Shown here in pieces: positions 1 to 8,130 of a stretch of 64,000 nt of DNA. Made by a program: the position numbers and the translations under genes. Each line of letters begins with the position of its first letter. The stretch's first letter is position 1. Location of the stretch: positions 1 through 64,000 of IMG/VR virus record IMGVR_UViG_2617271287_000001; one strand, 5' to 3'. The notes under the pieces were generated by a model, which did no database searches, was not told the DNA's origin, and saw only the letters and a program-made list of their open reading frames with translations. Source of the stretch: an uncultured virus (IMG/VR IMGVR_UViG_2617271287_000001) (lineage: Duplodnaviria > Heunggongvirae > Uroviricota > Caudoviricetes).

Positions 1-1155
1 ATGGCCACTATTCGCGCTCGGCGCAACGCCGATGGAACGGTGATGTACACCGCGCAGATTCGTATCAAGCGCGGAGGCGCGCAAGTCTATCAGGAGAGCG
101 CAAGTTTCAGCCGGAAAAAGGCCGCTGAAGCATGGGCGCTCCGTCGGGAGGCTGAATTGGCCGAGCCCGGTGGCTTGGAGCGGGCGACGAAAAAGGGGGT
201 ACTGCTTCGGAACATCATCGCCCAGTACCTGGCCGACCGGGATAAGACTCGCCCGCTGGGTAAGACCAAGATCGCCACGCTGACCGCCATCGCCGCTTCC
301 CACCTGGGCGATACCATCGACCGGGATATCACCAGTCAGGTGCTCGTTGACTATGCGCTGTGGCGCATGGGGCCGGACGGGGGAGGGGTGAAGGCGCAGA
401 CAGTTGCCAATGACCTGGCACATCTTGGGTCGGTGTTAGGAGTGGCGGAGGCAGCCTGGGGGTATCAAGTCGACCCGGACGTTATGGCGAAAGCCCGCAG
501 AGTTCTCAAGAACCTGGGTTACAAGTTGCGCAGCAGGGAGCGTGATCGGCGCCCGACACTTGAAGAGTTGGATCGGTTGTTCCAGGCGTTCGAGCGCTCA
601 TGGCGATCGCGGCCGACCTCGATGTGCATGGCGAAGGTCGCTGCCTTCGCATTGTTCTCCAGCCGAAGGCAGGAGGAGATCATCCGTATCCGGTGGGCGG
701 ATCTGGACGAGGCCCGGGGCGCCGTCCTGGTCCGGGACATGAAGAACCCAGGCGACAAGTGGGGTAACGACGTGTGGTGTCAGCTACCCGAGGAGGCAAT
801 GGCGGTCATCAAGAGTATGCCGCGGGCCTTCGACGAGATCTTTCCATACACCACCGATGCGATTCAGGGGGCATGGAGTCGCGCGATCACTGCCGCAGGT
901 ATAGAGGATCTGACGTTTCACGATCTGCGCCACGAAGCGATCAGTCGGCTGTTTGAGCTGGAGTGGGACATTCCCAAGGTGGCTTCGGTCAGCGGGCACC
1001 GAGATTGGAACTCTCTTCGGCGATATACCCATCTGCGTGGGTCTGGTGATAAATATGCTGGCTGGGAATGGCTCCCGAAGGTCCTGGCGATGCCGGTGTC
1101 CTTCGGGGAATGGGTTTCCAAGAAGAAGTCAGGCCGCCGGTCGGGCTCGGTTTAG
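1..1155 (+). CDS. int: Tyrosine recombinase / phage integrase
   Basis: Catalytic motifs R (SSRRQEE), HDLRH, GHRDW..L.RY. Confidence 0.95.
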   Translation: MATIRARRNADGTVMYTAQIRIKRGGAQVYQESASFSRKKAAEAWALRREAELAEPGGLERATKKGVLLRNIIAQYLADRDKTRPLGKTKIATLTAIAASHLGDTIDRDITSQVLVDYALWRMGPDGGGVKAQTVANDLAHLGSVLGVAEAAWGYQVDPDVMAKARRVLKNLGYKLRSRERDRRPTLEELDRLFQAFERSWRSRPTSMCMAKVAAFALFSSRRQEEIIRIRWADLDEARGAVLVRDMKNPGDKWGNDVWCQLPEEAMAVIKSMPRAFDEIFPYTTDAIQGAWSRAITAAGIEDLTFHDLRHEAISRLFELEWDIPKVASVSGHRDWNSLRRYTHLRGSGDKYAGWEWLPKVLAMPVSFGEWVSKKKSGRRSGSV

Positions 1156-1404
1156 CCGTTCATGGTCTTTCAGGGCGACCTCGCGCTGTTTGTCCAGATA
1201 CGCCGCCAGGTCCGCCAAGTGAATGCCTCTGGCAGCCTTCTGGCTGGACTCGATCCGCGTGATAGGGATCTGGATCTGTCCGGCCAGGACCTTCCGCTGG
1301 AACTGCTCGACAGTCAGGTGACTGAAGTAGTCGGCGCATACTCTATTCAGCGGGATGATGGCGAGGCCGTTGTACTGGGCCATGAGAAGGAACAGGGTAT
1401 TCAT
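1129..1404 (-). CDS. Pyocin activator PrtN-family protein (excisionase-like position)
   Basis: MNTLFLLMAQY...IPITRIESSQKAARGIHLADLAAYLD matches the PrtN family pattern; convergent with int. Confidence 0.85.
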   Translation of the reverse strand: MNTLFLLMAQYNGLAIIPLNRVCADYFSHLTVEQFQRKVLAGQIQIPITRIESSQKAARGIHLADLAAYLDKQREVALKDHERLNRARPAA

Positions 1405-1523
1405 CAGTAGCACCCCGCTTGCCATGCCGCTAGCGTGTGGAGGATCGGGAATACCTCCACGGCGAGCACCGCGGTCAGGCCAAGGGCGGCGATGATGCCA
1501 AGGGCGGTCAGTGTTCTACGCAT
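1404..1523 (-). CDS. 39-aa hydrophobic peptide (not in ORF track)
   Basis: MRRTLTALGIIAALGLTAVLAVEVFPILHTLAAWQAGCY; stop overlaps the next ATG (TGATG). Confidence 0.6.
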   Translation of the reverse strand: MRRTLTALGIIAALGLTAVLAVEVFPILHTLAAWQAGCY

Positions 1524-1983
1524 CGCTTAGCTCTCCCTGACTCGCCGCTGCCCGGTCCTTGAGCGATTCGATGACGGTTTGCGGCATGTCCACCTCTGCC
1601 TGCTGGACGAGATCCTGGAGCACTTCCAGCGCGGCCTCGATGAGGCTCTCAGCCACGCCTTGGTCGCGCCACTTGGTTTCGATGTAGCGGCGCTTGCCGG
1701 CGATCTGCCGAGAGAAGTCAGCACGCCGGCGTTCGATGATCACGCCAGTGACCTGCTCCAGATAGTCGATGTATTCCAGCGTCAGCTCGTGCTCGTTGCC
1801 GGTGTCGGCGAAGACCCCTCGGATGTTTGGGGCCTCCACTGCGATGGCTAGCAGTAGCGTAGCTGTGCTGTCCTTACCGCCGGAAACACTGATGATGTTG
1901 TGTTGTTCGCCGAGTACCAGGTCAGCGCCAATCCGCGAGCATGGTATGGCTTGCGATGGAGTGGAGGCAGAGAATGCTGTCAT
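1516..1983 (-). pseudogene. Truncated PAPS-reductase-family (PP-loop) protein
   Basis: SVSGGKDS and FADTGNE motifs, but only 155 aa; C-terminal part of the family appears missing. Confidence 0.65.
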
Positions 1984-2054
1984 GCCGTCTCCCCCTGGAC
2001 CATTTGCCTTGGTGTCTGCATGCTTCGTTTATCGCTGATGGCAAGGGGATGGCC

Positions 2055-2714
2055 ATGTTTCAAGAGGAAGTCACAATCAAGTTGCGTCCTAGTCATCTTT
2101 TGGGCTGCGTACTGGTCTCTCCCTTTATGGTGCTGCTGGGGTGCTGGATATGGTCTTGGGGATGGAGTAGCGCCAATGCTCCGGCCTGGGTTCAGGCGGT
2201 TGGCAGTGTTGTCGCTATTTTTGTGAGTTGGATTTTCTTTGTGCTTGATAAGCGAATTCAGCGTCGGAAACAAACCGAAGATAACAAGCTGATGCTTAAG
2301 CAGACGGTTGGAGTTGCGAAGCATGCTGGAAAGCTGGGGAAAATGGTTATATCTTCCGTGAAGGAGAAAAGAGGGGGCCAACAGCAAGCGCTCTTTGGAA
2401 CTTCTGAGTACCTCAGCACCATGAGGTCGGTTAATTTTAACCAGTTGCCAACAGTGGATAGTGCACTGGCTTGGCTGGAGCTGCAGCATGCTCTTTCGGA
2501 CCTGTGTCAGATAGTGCAAGTTGATGAGCCAGAAAGTGTGGAGTTTCATCGCCTGGCTCCTTTGGCGGTGGTAATTGATCGCGCTATAGCGAGATTGGTA
2601 ATTGATGCTGCGGCATTTATTCCGGAGTTGGGCGATGAGGCCTCCATGCTTAAAGCATTGGGAACAAGTAGAAAAAAAATTGACGGGCCACCTCTGCCAA
2701 AGTCGCTGGATTAG
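2055..2714 (+). CDS. Accessory membrane protein (moron)
   Basis: Lower GC, opposite strand to the early operon, two N-terminal hydrophobic segments (AWVQAVGSVVAIF). Confidence 0.8.
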   Translation: MFQEEVTIKLRPSHLLGCVLVSPFMVLLGCWIWSWGWSSANAPAWVQAVGSVVAIFVSWIFFVLDKRIQRRKQTEDNKLMLKQTVGVAKHAGKLGKMVISSVKEKRGGQQQALFGTSEYLSTMRSVNFNQLPTVDSALAWLELQHALSDLCQIVQVDEPESVEFHRLAPLAVVIDRAIARLVIDAAAFIPELGDEASMLKALGTSRKKIDGPPLPKSLD

Positions 2715-3029
2715 TAAGTCGAGATTTTCCTGGGCAGTGGCTAAAGTTTCTGACTCCGGTATGTGCCTGTGCTTGTGTAAGCGGGCCGACACTAGAAAAT
2801 AGTCGTTTTTCATGCCGAGCCAGATCGCAGTCAGTTGGTGTTCTTCGACAGCCAGAAAAACGACGAAATAGCTGTGTTGCGCTGTGCTGTAATGGTGTGC
2901 GCAGTGGCTGCTGAAGCGACATAGCTCGGCGGAGGCGAAGAGATCGATGTTCGGAGACTCGCGAGGGCCGAGAGGGAGCTGGGCCTGGTAGATGGCCTGG
3001 GCGAGATCGTGGCGACGGAAAGCGGTCAT
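2715..3029 (-). pseudogene. Remnant of an HD-family phosphohydrolase (YfbR-like)
   Basis: LCRFSSHCAHHYSTAQHS...EHQL resembles RFxGH..YSVAQH; the following LHD motif is absent. Confidence 0.55.
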
Positions 3030-3505
3030 GCCCGTCCCCCTTCGGTTTTCTCCAGGCGCTGGAGGAGGTCGGTGTTCGCGATGCGCAGCGCGGCAATCTC
3101 TTGGTTCTGCTCGCGGATCTGCGCGCACAGCGTGCGGATCAGTGCGTTATCGGTGGGCTTCGGTGGGCGCTTTCCCCCCTCGACAAGCTGCGCGGGCGAG
3201 CGAGTCATTAAGCGAAGCGTGGCTATGTGCTTCGCGCCCCGGCGCAGCCTTTCGTGGGGTATGCGTGCCTTCGGCGTGTACTGAAGGTTGGGTTGGAATA
3301 TGCCTGCTGCTGCGCAGCAGTGGCTTTCTATAGCGCCACCCTCGGGCATCGGTTGGCGGCCTTGGGCGATGGCGATCAGTTGGATGCGACGTGCCAGGCC
3401 GCCGCCGCGCTTTTGCGCGGCCGGGGCTTGGGTGCTTTGGGTGGCGTGTGCCAGGGCGGCGCCCTGGTCTTGTGCCGCTACGCGGCTAGCCGGGATAGTA
3501 GTCAT
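3026..3505 (-). CDS. Phage hypothetical protein
   Basis: ORF coupled within the leftward operon. Confidence 0.6.
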   Translation of the reverse strand: MTTIPASRVAAQDQGAALAHATQSTQAPAAQKRGGGLARRIQLIAIAQGRQPMPEGGAIESHCCAAAGIFQPNLQYTPKARIPHERLRRGAKHIATLRLMTRSPAQLVEGGKRPPKPTDNALIRTLCAQIREQNQEIAALRIANTDLLQRLEKTEGGRA

Positions 3506-3514
3506 CGCGCTGCC

Positions 3515-3754
3515 TCACATGCACATCGGTGCAGTGTCGCCGGAGTAGTCGAGGTCGACTGACTCCCAGCCGCTCGGACGAAGGTGGTCATCGATCTCGC
3601 GGATCTGGTCGCTGATATCGGCAATCGTGATTTCCCCGCGTCGAGCATCGTCCTCGTCCCACTGTGGCTGGGCGCGGCGCAGGCGGGTCAGGCTGTCGAC
3701 GTGGTGGCTGCGGTGCTTCAGCAGGTCGTAGGTGGAGAGGCTGGAGTAGTTCAT
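3515..3754 (-). CDS. Phage hypothetical protein
   Basis: ORF with GGAGG RBS, coupled to the upstream gene. Confidence 0.7.
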   Translation of the reverse strand: MNYSSLSTYDLLKHRSHHVDSLTRLRRAQPQWDEDDARRGEITIADISDQIREIDDHLRPSGWESVDLDYSGDTAPMCM

Positions 3755-4377
3755 GCCGCCTCCTGCGCTTCAACTTCTGCGCTCTGGCTGGCCAGTTCCG
3801 TGATGGCGAGCCGCTGGAGGATCGCGGCGAGCTGCTGTTGGGCTTCGGCGTCTGCGTTGCGCTTGGTGGTGCCGGTCTTTTGGAACTGTCGAGCGTGGCC
3901 GCTGAGGAGGCGACTGGCGGTGCGGATGGCGTCCAGTTCTTCGGCGACCAAGTTCTGCTCGCGGAGGAGCTTCGCGGTCTCAGCCTGCCGATGATTGGTC
4001 GCGATGCGTGTCTCCAGCTCCGTCTCCAGGCGCTTCAGTTCCGCTTGTTGCTCTTCGTGGCGCTGCTGCCAATCCGCAAGTTTCTCGGTGGCCTCGGCTT
4101 CGACGTTTTGACGAAGTTCCTTCTCGTCGCTGATCTCTTCCTGCTGCTCATCGATGACCTGTTGCAGGCGCTGGGCATTGGTGCGCAGCTTGGCAAGGTC
4201 GGCATGCAGCGCCGTCAGTTCCTGGCTGTGCGAGGCGCGGCAGAGGTAAAGCGCCTCGTCGACCGCCTGCTGTTGGGCGTTCTTCCTGTCCTTGCGCCCA
4301 GCAAGATAGGCGGTGGCGATCAGGACCAGCAGCGCGGCGAGAGTGGTGGCCGCGAGAATGATGTGTTGGGTATGCAT
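3751..4377 (-). CDS. Membrane-anchored coiled-coil protein
   Basis: N-terminal TM segment followed by an E/Q/L-rich helix. Confidence 0.75.
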   Translation of the reverse strand: MHTQHIILAATTLAALLVLIATAYLAGRKDRKNAQQQAVDEALYLCRASHSQELTALHADLAKLRTNAQRLQQVIDEQQEEISDEKELRQNVEAEATEKLADWQQRHEEQQAELKRLETELETRIATNHRQAETAKLLREQNLVAEELDAIRTASRLLSGHARQFQKTGTTKRNADAEAQQQLAAILQRLAITELASQSAEVEAQEAA

Positions 4378-4427
4378 GGTGGTTTTCTCCATTGGTGGTG
4401 GGTGGCCGGTGGTGGCGGCCGGTGTGG

Positions 4428-4745
4428 TTACTCGTTACTGCCGAGTCGGGCATATGCCTCGTCGGCCTGCCAGGCTCGTGAGTCGATCCAGGCCGCAAGG
4501 TGGCGCACATCGACAAATGGCTGGGCGCGCTGACTCGGGTCGACGGTGGTGATGGGGAGGCGGATTCGGCGTTCCTTGATCGAACGGCTGAACGTCTCTT
4601 CGTTGAGGTTGTGGAAGTACCGAATGCGCAGGTGCTCCAGCGGGATCAGCACGTCGCCGAAGGTGCGGTAGAGGAGTTCCACCGTCTCCGGGCGTGGGGC
4701 CGGAGTCAGGCGAAGCTCGGGTTGGTTGTCGTGAGGAGTGCTCAT
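4428..4745 (-). CDS. Second PrtN-family protein
   Basis: LIPLE...RLPITTVDPSQRAQPFVDVRHLAAWID aligns by eye with 1129..1404. Confidence 0.75.
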   Translation of the reverse strand: MSTPHDNQPELRLTPAPRPETVELLYRTFGDVLIPLEHLRIRYFHNLNEETFSRSIKERRIRLPITTVDPSQRAQPFVDVRHLAAWIDSRAWQADEAYARLGSNE

Positions 4746-4972
4746 GCGGCGGCCTCGTTGAGCACGGCTACCGCGTCCTCGATGCCGCTGGCTGCTTCGT
4801 TGAGTTGGTCGACGATCTCTTCCATGCGCGCTCCGCGGTTGCTGGCTTGCAGGCTCTCGGGCATAGCGTCCAGGGCCTCCTCCTCCTCGCTAACCAAGGT
4901 TTCGATCTGCTCGCGGATCTCTTCGAGTTGAGCGGTGATTTGTTGCAGTTGGCGTCGGCGTGCGTTGTTCAT
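4742..4972 (-). CDS. Phage hypothetical protein
   Basis: Acidic helical 76-aa ORF with overlapping start/stop. Confidence 0.75.
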   Translation of the reverse strand: MNNARRRQLQQITAQLEEIREQIETLVSEEEEALDAMPESLQASNRGARMEEIVDQLNEAASGIEDAVAVLNEAAA

Positions 4973-5130
4973 TTGTTCCCCTTGGGGTGGTTCCAGGCGA
5001 TCTCTACGTGGGTTCGTACAAGTTCCCGTAGGTGTTCCGGCACCCGCTCCAGGGCCGCCCTGCGTTCCTCAATGGTTCGAAGGGCGACGATCTGGCGGGC
5101 GTATTCGCGGGGCCGGGGCTCGTCAGCCAA
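4969..5130 (-). CDS. 53-aa phage protein (TTG start, not in ORF track)
   Basis: MADEPRPREYARQIVALRTIEERRAALERVPEHLRELVRTHVEIAWNHPKGNK fills the gap between coupled genes. Confidence 0.6.
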   Translation of the reverse strand: MADEPRPREYARQIVALRTIEERRAALERVPEHLRELVRTHVEIAWNHPKGNK

Positions 5131-5416
5131 CCTCGCGGCGGTCCGGGACCGCCGGCGGGCAGACGCGGGGGATGCCGAGCTTGTCGGCCAGCCATGCCAC
5201 TCCGGCCGGGCGCACTTTCGTCGAGTGGCTGTACTGCATGCCGAGTTCGGGGTGGTGCCAGGGCGTTTCCTTTGCGCGCAGGTAGAGGCGGTCGCGGACT
5301 GGAGCGGCTGGAAGAGTGTTGCTGTCGAGCAGGCCGGCCGCCTTCATGCGCTTGATCAGCTCGGGACGCGTCAGCCCGAGGCGCTGCGCGGCCTGGTGCA
5401 GGGACAAGTCTTTCAT
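5123..5416 (-). CDS. Antirepressor KilAC/ANT-like DNA-binding protein
   Basis: HTH-like start (SLHQAAQRLGL) and STKVRPAGVAWL. Confidence 0.65.
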   Translation of the reverse strand: MKDLSLHQAAQRLGLTRPELIKRMKAAGLLDSNTLPAAPVRDRLYLRAKETPWHHPELGMQYSHSTKVRPAGVAWLADKLGIPRVCPPAVPDRREVG

Positions 5417-5425
5417 CGCGGCCCC

Positions 5426-5737
5426 CTACGCAGCCTGGTCGAAACGGCGGCGAGCCGGGGTCTCGTCCGCGGTGTCCAGGCGGCCATTCGCGATGGACTC
5501 GATGTAGTCGGCCACGGTGTTGGCGTTGGACTGGGAGTCGAGCGGGAGGCCCAGGCTGTTCAGCGTGGAGCCCATTCGAACGATGATGTGGACCTGTCCA
5601 GCGCCGCGCTCAATGTCGAGAGTGACGTGGACTGCCTGACGGGTTTCGGCGTCGTAGAGGGCGTGGTTGAAGCGGCCGTTGAGGCTGAGCTGAGCCTTGA
5701 GCCGCACAAAGGATGGTTGGCGGAGTGCGTAGGTCAT
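5426..5737 (-). CDS. Phage hypothetical protein
   Basis: ORF with GGAGG RBS. Confidence 0.7.
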   Translation of the reverse strand: MTYALRQPSFVRLKAQLSLNGRFNHALYDAETRQAVHVTLDIERGAGQVHIIVRMGSTLNSLGLPLDSQSNANTVADYIESIANGRLDTADETPARRRFDQAA

Positions 5738-5925
5738 GCCGCGTCACCTCCAAACGGGGAGGTGGTGGTTACCGAATAACGGCGGCCCGGGGTACGGCTG
5801 GCTACAAGCTGGGCTTTGCCGTTGAAGATGACGACAAGGCAGCCAGTTTCGGCCTGGAGGCGTTGGACCTGTTGCGGGGAGGAGGTACAGGCCGGGTGGA
5901 CGTGTACCGTGGCGGAACGTTGCAT
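5734..5925 (-). CDS. First gene of the leftward early operon, 63 aa
   Basis: GAGGT RBS, directly after the pL-like promoter. Confidence 0.7.
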   Translation of the reverse strand: MQRSATVHVHPACTSSPQQVQRLQAETGCLVVIFNGKAQLVASRTPGRRYSVTTTSPFGGDAA

Positions 5926-5961
5926 GGTGTTACCTCGTCTCTGTGGTGGAGAGTCGAGGTA

Positions 5962-6003
5962 ATTAAACGCAACGTTTAAAGCTGGGTCAATACGTTTTGT
6001 TTA
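5962..6003 (-). promoter_or_regulatory. pL-like promoter with two operators (TAAAC-N5-GTTTA)
   Basis: TTGACC (5985-5990) -17- TTTAAT (5962-5967) on minus; operators at 5964-5978 and 5989-6003. Confidence 0.75.
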
Positions 6004-6009
6004 TTTTGT

Positions 6010-6750
6010 TTATTGGTCGAAGGCAAGGCCTTTCTTTTTTCGGAGCGTCGACCACCAAAATACCCAGCCAAGGATTCGGATTTGTTGGGTCTCGATCTGC
6101 TCGGCTGAGTATTCTTCGTCTGGGTGCTCTGTTGTGTTGAAGCTCCGCAGGCGCATACCGCCCGCTGGCAGGCGATATAGGTATTTCACTCGTAGCATTC
6201 CGTCATGTTCAAGGGCGTAGATTTCGCCGTCCAGAATGCGGGTTGCGCTCTTGTCCACTCCGATGGTGGCGCCATTCATAATCAATGGCTCCATGCTGTT
6301 CCCGCTGACCGTGGCGCAGAAAGCCGCCGAAGGGGAGACTCCGGCATTTCGAAGCGTAGCGTAGGAGAATCGCAGCTTTCTCCCCTTAATCTCACGCACC
6401 GCTGTTCGGCCGGCTCCGGCGGATAGCTCAACTTCCTTGTACAGCGGCACTTCAACCTCGTCCGGTTCTAGGGGCGTTCTGTCATCCCAGGGATCGAGGG
6501 GAGAGAGCAGGGAGCTTTCACCGCCTGTGGCTAGGGAGTTCGATGGAGATTCGCTATCTGTTCCATCGCTCAGCCAGCGAGGATTGACGGCTAGTGCGTC
6601 AGCAATAGCGAAAACGCGGGCCTTTGGAATCCCGCGCTTGAACCAATTGTTGACGTGTTGGGGCTCAACGCCTAGCGCTGCTGCGAACTCGCTATAGGCG
6701 ATTCCTCTCTCATCGAGGAGGCCGCGCAATCTGGTGCCGGATGTGCTCAT
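6010..6750 (-). CDS. CI-like repressor, HTH + S24 peptidase, PrtR-like C-terminal domain
   Basis: SAGAG cleavage site, GNSMEP, RVK; likely start MSTSGTRL. Confidence 0.93.
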   Translation of the reverse strand: MSTSGTRLRGLLDERGIAYSEFAAALGVEPQHVNNWFKRGIPKARVFAIADALAVNPRWLSDGTDSESPSNSLATGGESSLLSPLDPWDDRTPLEPDEVEVPLYKEVELSAGAGRTAVREIKGRKLRFSYATLRNAGVSPSAAFCATVSGNSMEPLIMNGATIGVDKSATRILDGEIYALEHDGMLRVKYLYRLPAGGMRLRSFNTTEHPDEEYSAEQIETQQIRILGWVFWWSTLRKKKGLAFDQ

Positions 6751-6832
6751 AAACTCAGAGTTTACAGGGGTAGACATTGCGTTTAAATAAACGTAATGTG
6801 TATTACCGAATGCGAAGAAAACGGTGCGTTTA
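6750..6832. promoter_or_regulatory. oR region: four operators and a pR-like promoter
   Basis: TAAACtcagaGTTTA 6750, TAGACattgcGTTTA 6771, TAAACgtaatGTGTA 6788, AAAACggtgcGTTTA 6818; TAGACA-17-TAATGT. Confidence 0.8.
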
Positions 6833-7068
6833 TGGATCAATCGGCATTGGAAAAGGCGATTAACGCTGCTGGAGGTGGACGGGCGCTCGCGCAAGCAATG
6901 GGGCTTAGCCCGATGGCTGTTTCCCAATGGAAAAAGCGCGGGGTGCCTGCTGAGCGTGTGCCTGCCGTGGTGCGAGCATGCAAAGGTGCTGTTGCTGCAC
7001 ATGAATTACGGCCGGACCTGCCAGACCTATTTCCACTTCCAGATAAGCACTCTAGGAAAGCAGCTTAG
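6832..7068 (+). CDS. cro: Cro/YdaS-like HTH protein
   Basis: GGRALAQAMGLSPMAVSQW...HELRPDL; divergent from the repressor. Confidence 0.9.
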   Translation: MDQSALEKAINAAGGGRALAQAMGLSPMAVSQWKKRGVPAERVPAVVRACKGAVAAHELRPDLPDLFPLPDKHSRKAA

Positions 7069-7300
7069 TCCCTCGCCACCACCGAGGGAGGGGAGCCAGG
7101 CCGGCTGGAGCAGCACGCTAAGTACCACCACAGCCGGCCGAGCTTCCCAGACCCGAAGCACGGATGCCTCGGGGTTGCCAGCCTCTCCACCACAGAGCTG
7201 CTGGCTGTAACGGTCGGGTGATCAGGAATACCGATCACCCGGCCATCGTGGCAGATGGCGTTTCCACCACAGAGCGGCCATCTGCCTTGTGACCACCATG
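7069..7300 (+). ncRNA. Candidate multi-hairpin RNA (four CCACCAC hairpins, two GGA-loop hairpins)
   Basis: Six consecutive stem-loops read by eye between cro and the CII-like gene. Confidence 0.6.
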
Positions 7301-7373
7301 CAATGTGACCACGGCGCCTACTCTAACAAGGTTGGTGGCGTCGTGGCACTGGCAGTAAACAGGAATAATTGCC

Positions 7374-7928
7374 ATGTCCCGACCCTCGTTCGCGGATCAG
7401 TTCGACCGCATGGGCCGCGAGGTGCTTCCCTTGGGCGAAGCGCTCAACCTCGTCGCCCGCAATCAACGCATGTGCCACGGTGGCATCACTGGCTTCGCTC
7501 ACTCCACCGGCCGCAGCGTCTCCACCACTTCCCACAAGTTCGACCCCAGCCACACCAGCCACATCCTCAACATCTACGACGTGCTCGACTTCCTGCGGTA
7601 CGTGTCGGCCGAGGGGCGGGCGGTCGTGCTCGACGCGCTGCATGCCGAGCTGGGCGACAGCCTGTGGTTCTTCGTTTCGCCGCTTCAGTTCGAGGATGTG
7701 CCGGCCAGCCTGATTGCCGGTGCCGGCGAGATCCTGCACACGTCGGCCAATGCGGCAACCACCATCGCGCGCCATATCGAGGATGGTCGCATCGATGCGG
7801 CCGAGCTGGCCGAAACCCAAAAACTGGCGATGAGCATCATCCGCGCGGCGGTTGGCCTCTACGAGCGGGCTCGCTACGTCCACCAGACCACCAAGGGCGC
7901 CGAACGCGGGGAGGTGGCCAATGGCTGA
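7374..7928 (+). CDS. Phage regulatory protein, CII-like
   Basis: Position after cro; C-terminal DGRIDAAE motif. Confidence 0.7.
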   Translation: MSRPSFADQFDRMGREVLPLGEALNLVARNQRMCHGGITGFAHSTGRSVSTTSHKFDPSHTSHILNIYDVLDFLRYVSAEGRAVVLDALHAELGDSLWFFVSPLQFEDVPASLIAGAGEILHTSANAATTIARHIEDGRIDAAELAETQKLAMSIIRAAVGLYERARYVHQTTKGAERGEVANG

Positions 7929-8130
7929 TATCGCGGATCACGCCAATGACCTGGTGCTGGAGCGCATGGAGGCGGCGTTGGCTGCCCGAGCGCTGGTAGT
8001 GGCTGGCGAATCGGCTCATGAGTGCGAGTGCTGCGGCGAGCCAATCCCGCCGCGCCGTCGCGAAGCTGTGCCGGGGTGCCAAACCTGCATTGAATGCCAG
8101 TCCTTCAACGAGCGGAGGGGGCGCCGGTGA
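7921..8130 (+). CDS. TraR/DksA C4 zinc-finger protein (PtrB-like)
   Basis: MADIADHAND...CECCGEPIPPRRREAVPGCQTCIECQ. Confidence 0.9.
   Translation: MADIADHANDLVLERMEAALAARALVVAGESAHECECCGEPIPPRRREAVPGCQTCIECQSFNERRGRR

Noticed and set aside
1516..1983. Dnd/phosphorothioation or other DNA-modification cluster
   Set aside because: Lone truncated PP-loop fragment without partner genes
1980..3128. 382-aa minus ORF as an intact gene
   Set aside because: Only the start resembles an HD hydrolase; the rest is antisense to the plus-strand moron
7069..7300. CRISPR mini-array
   Set aside because: Shared unit is only 7 nt, sits in hairpin loops and has irregular spacing; no cas genes
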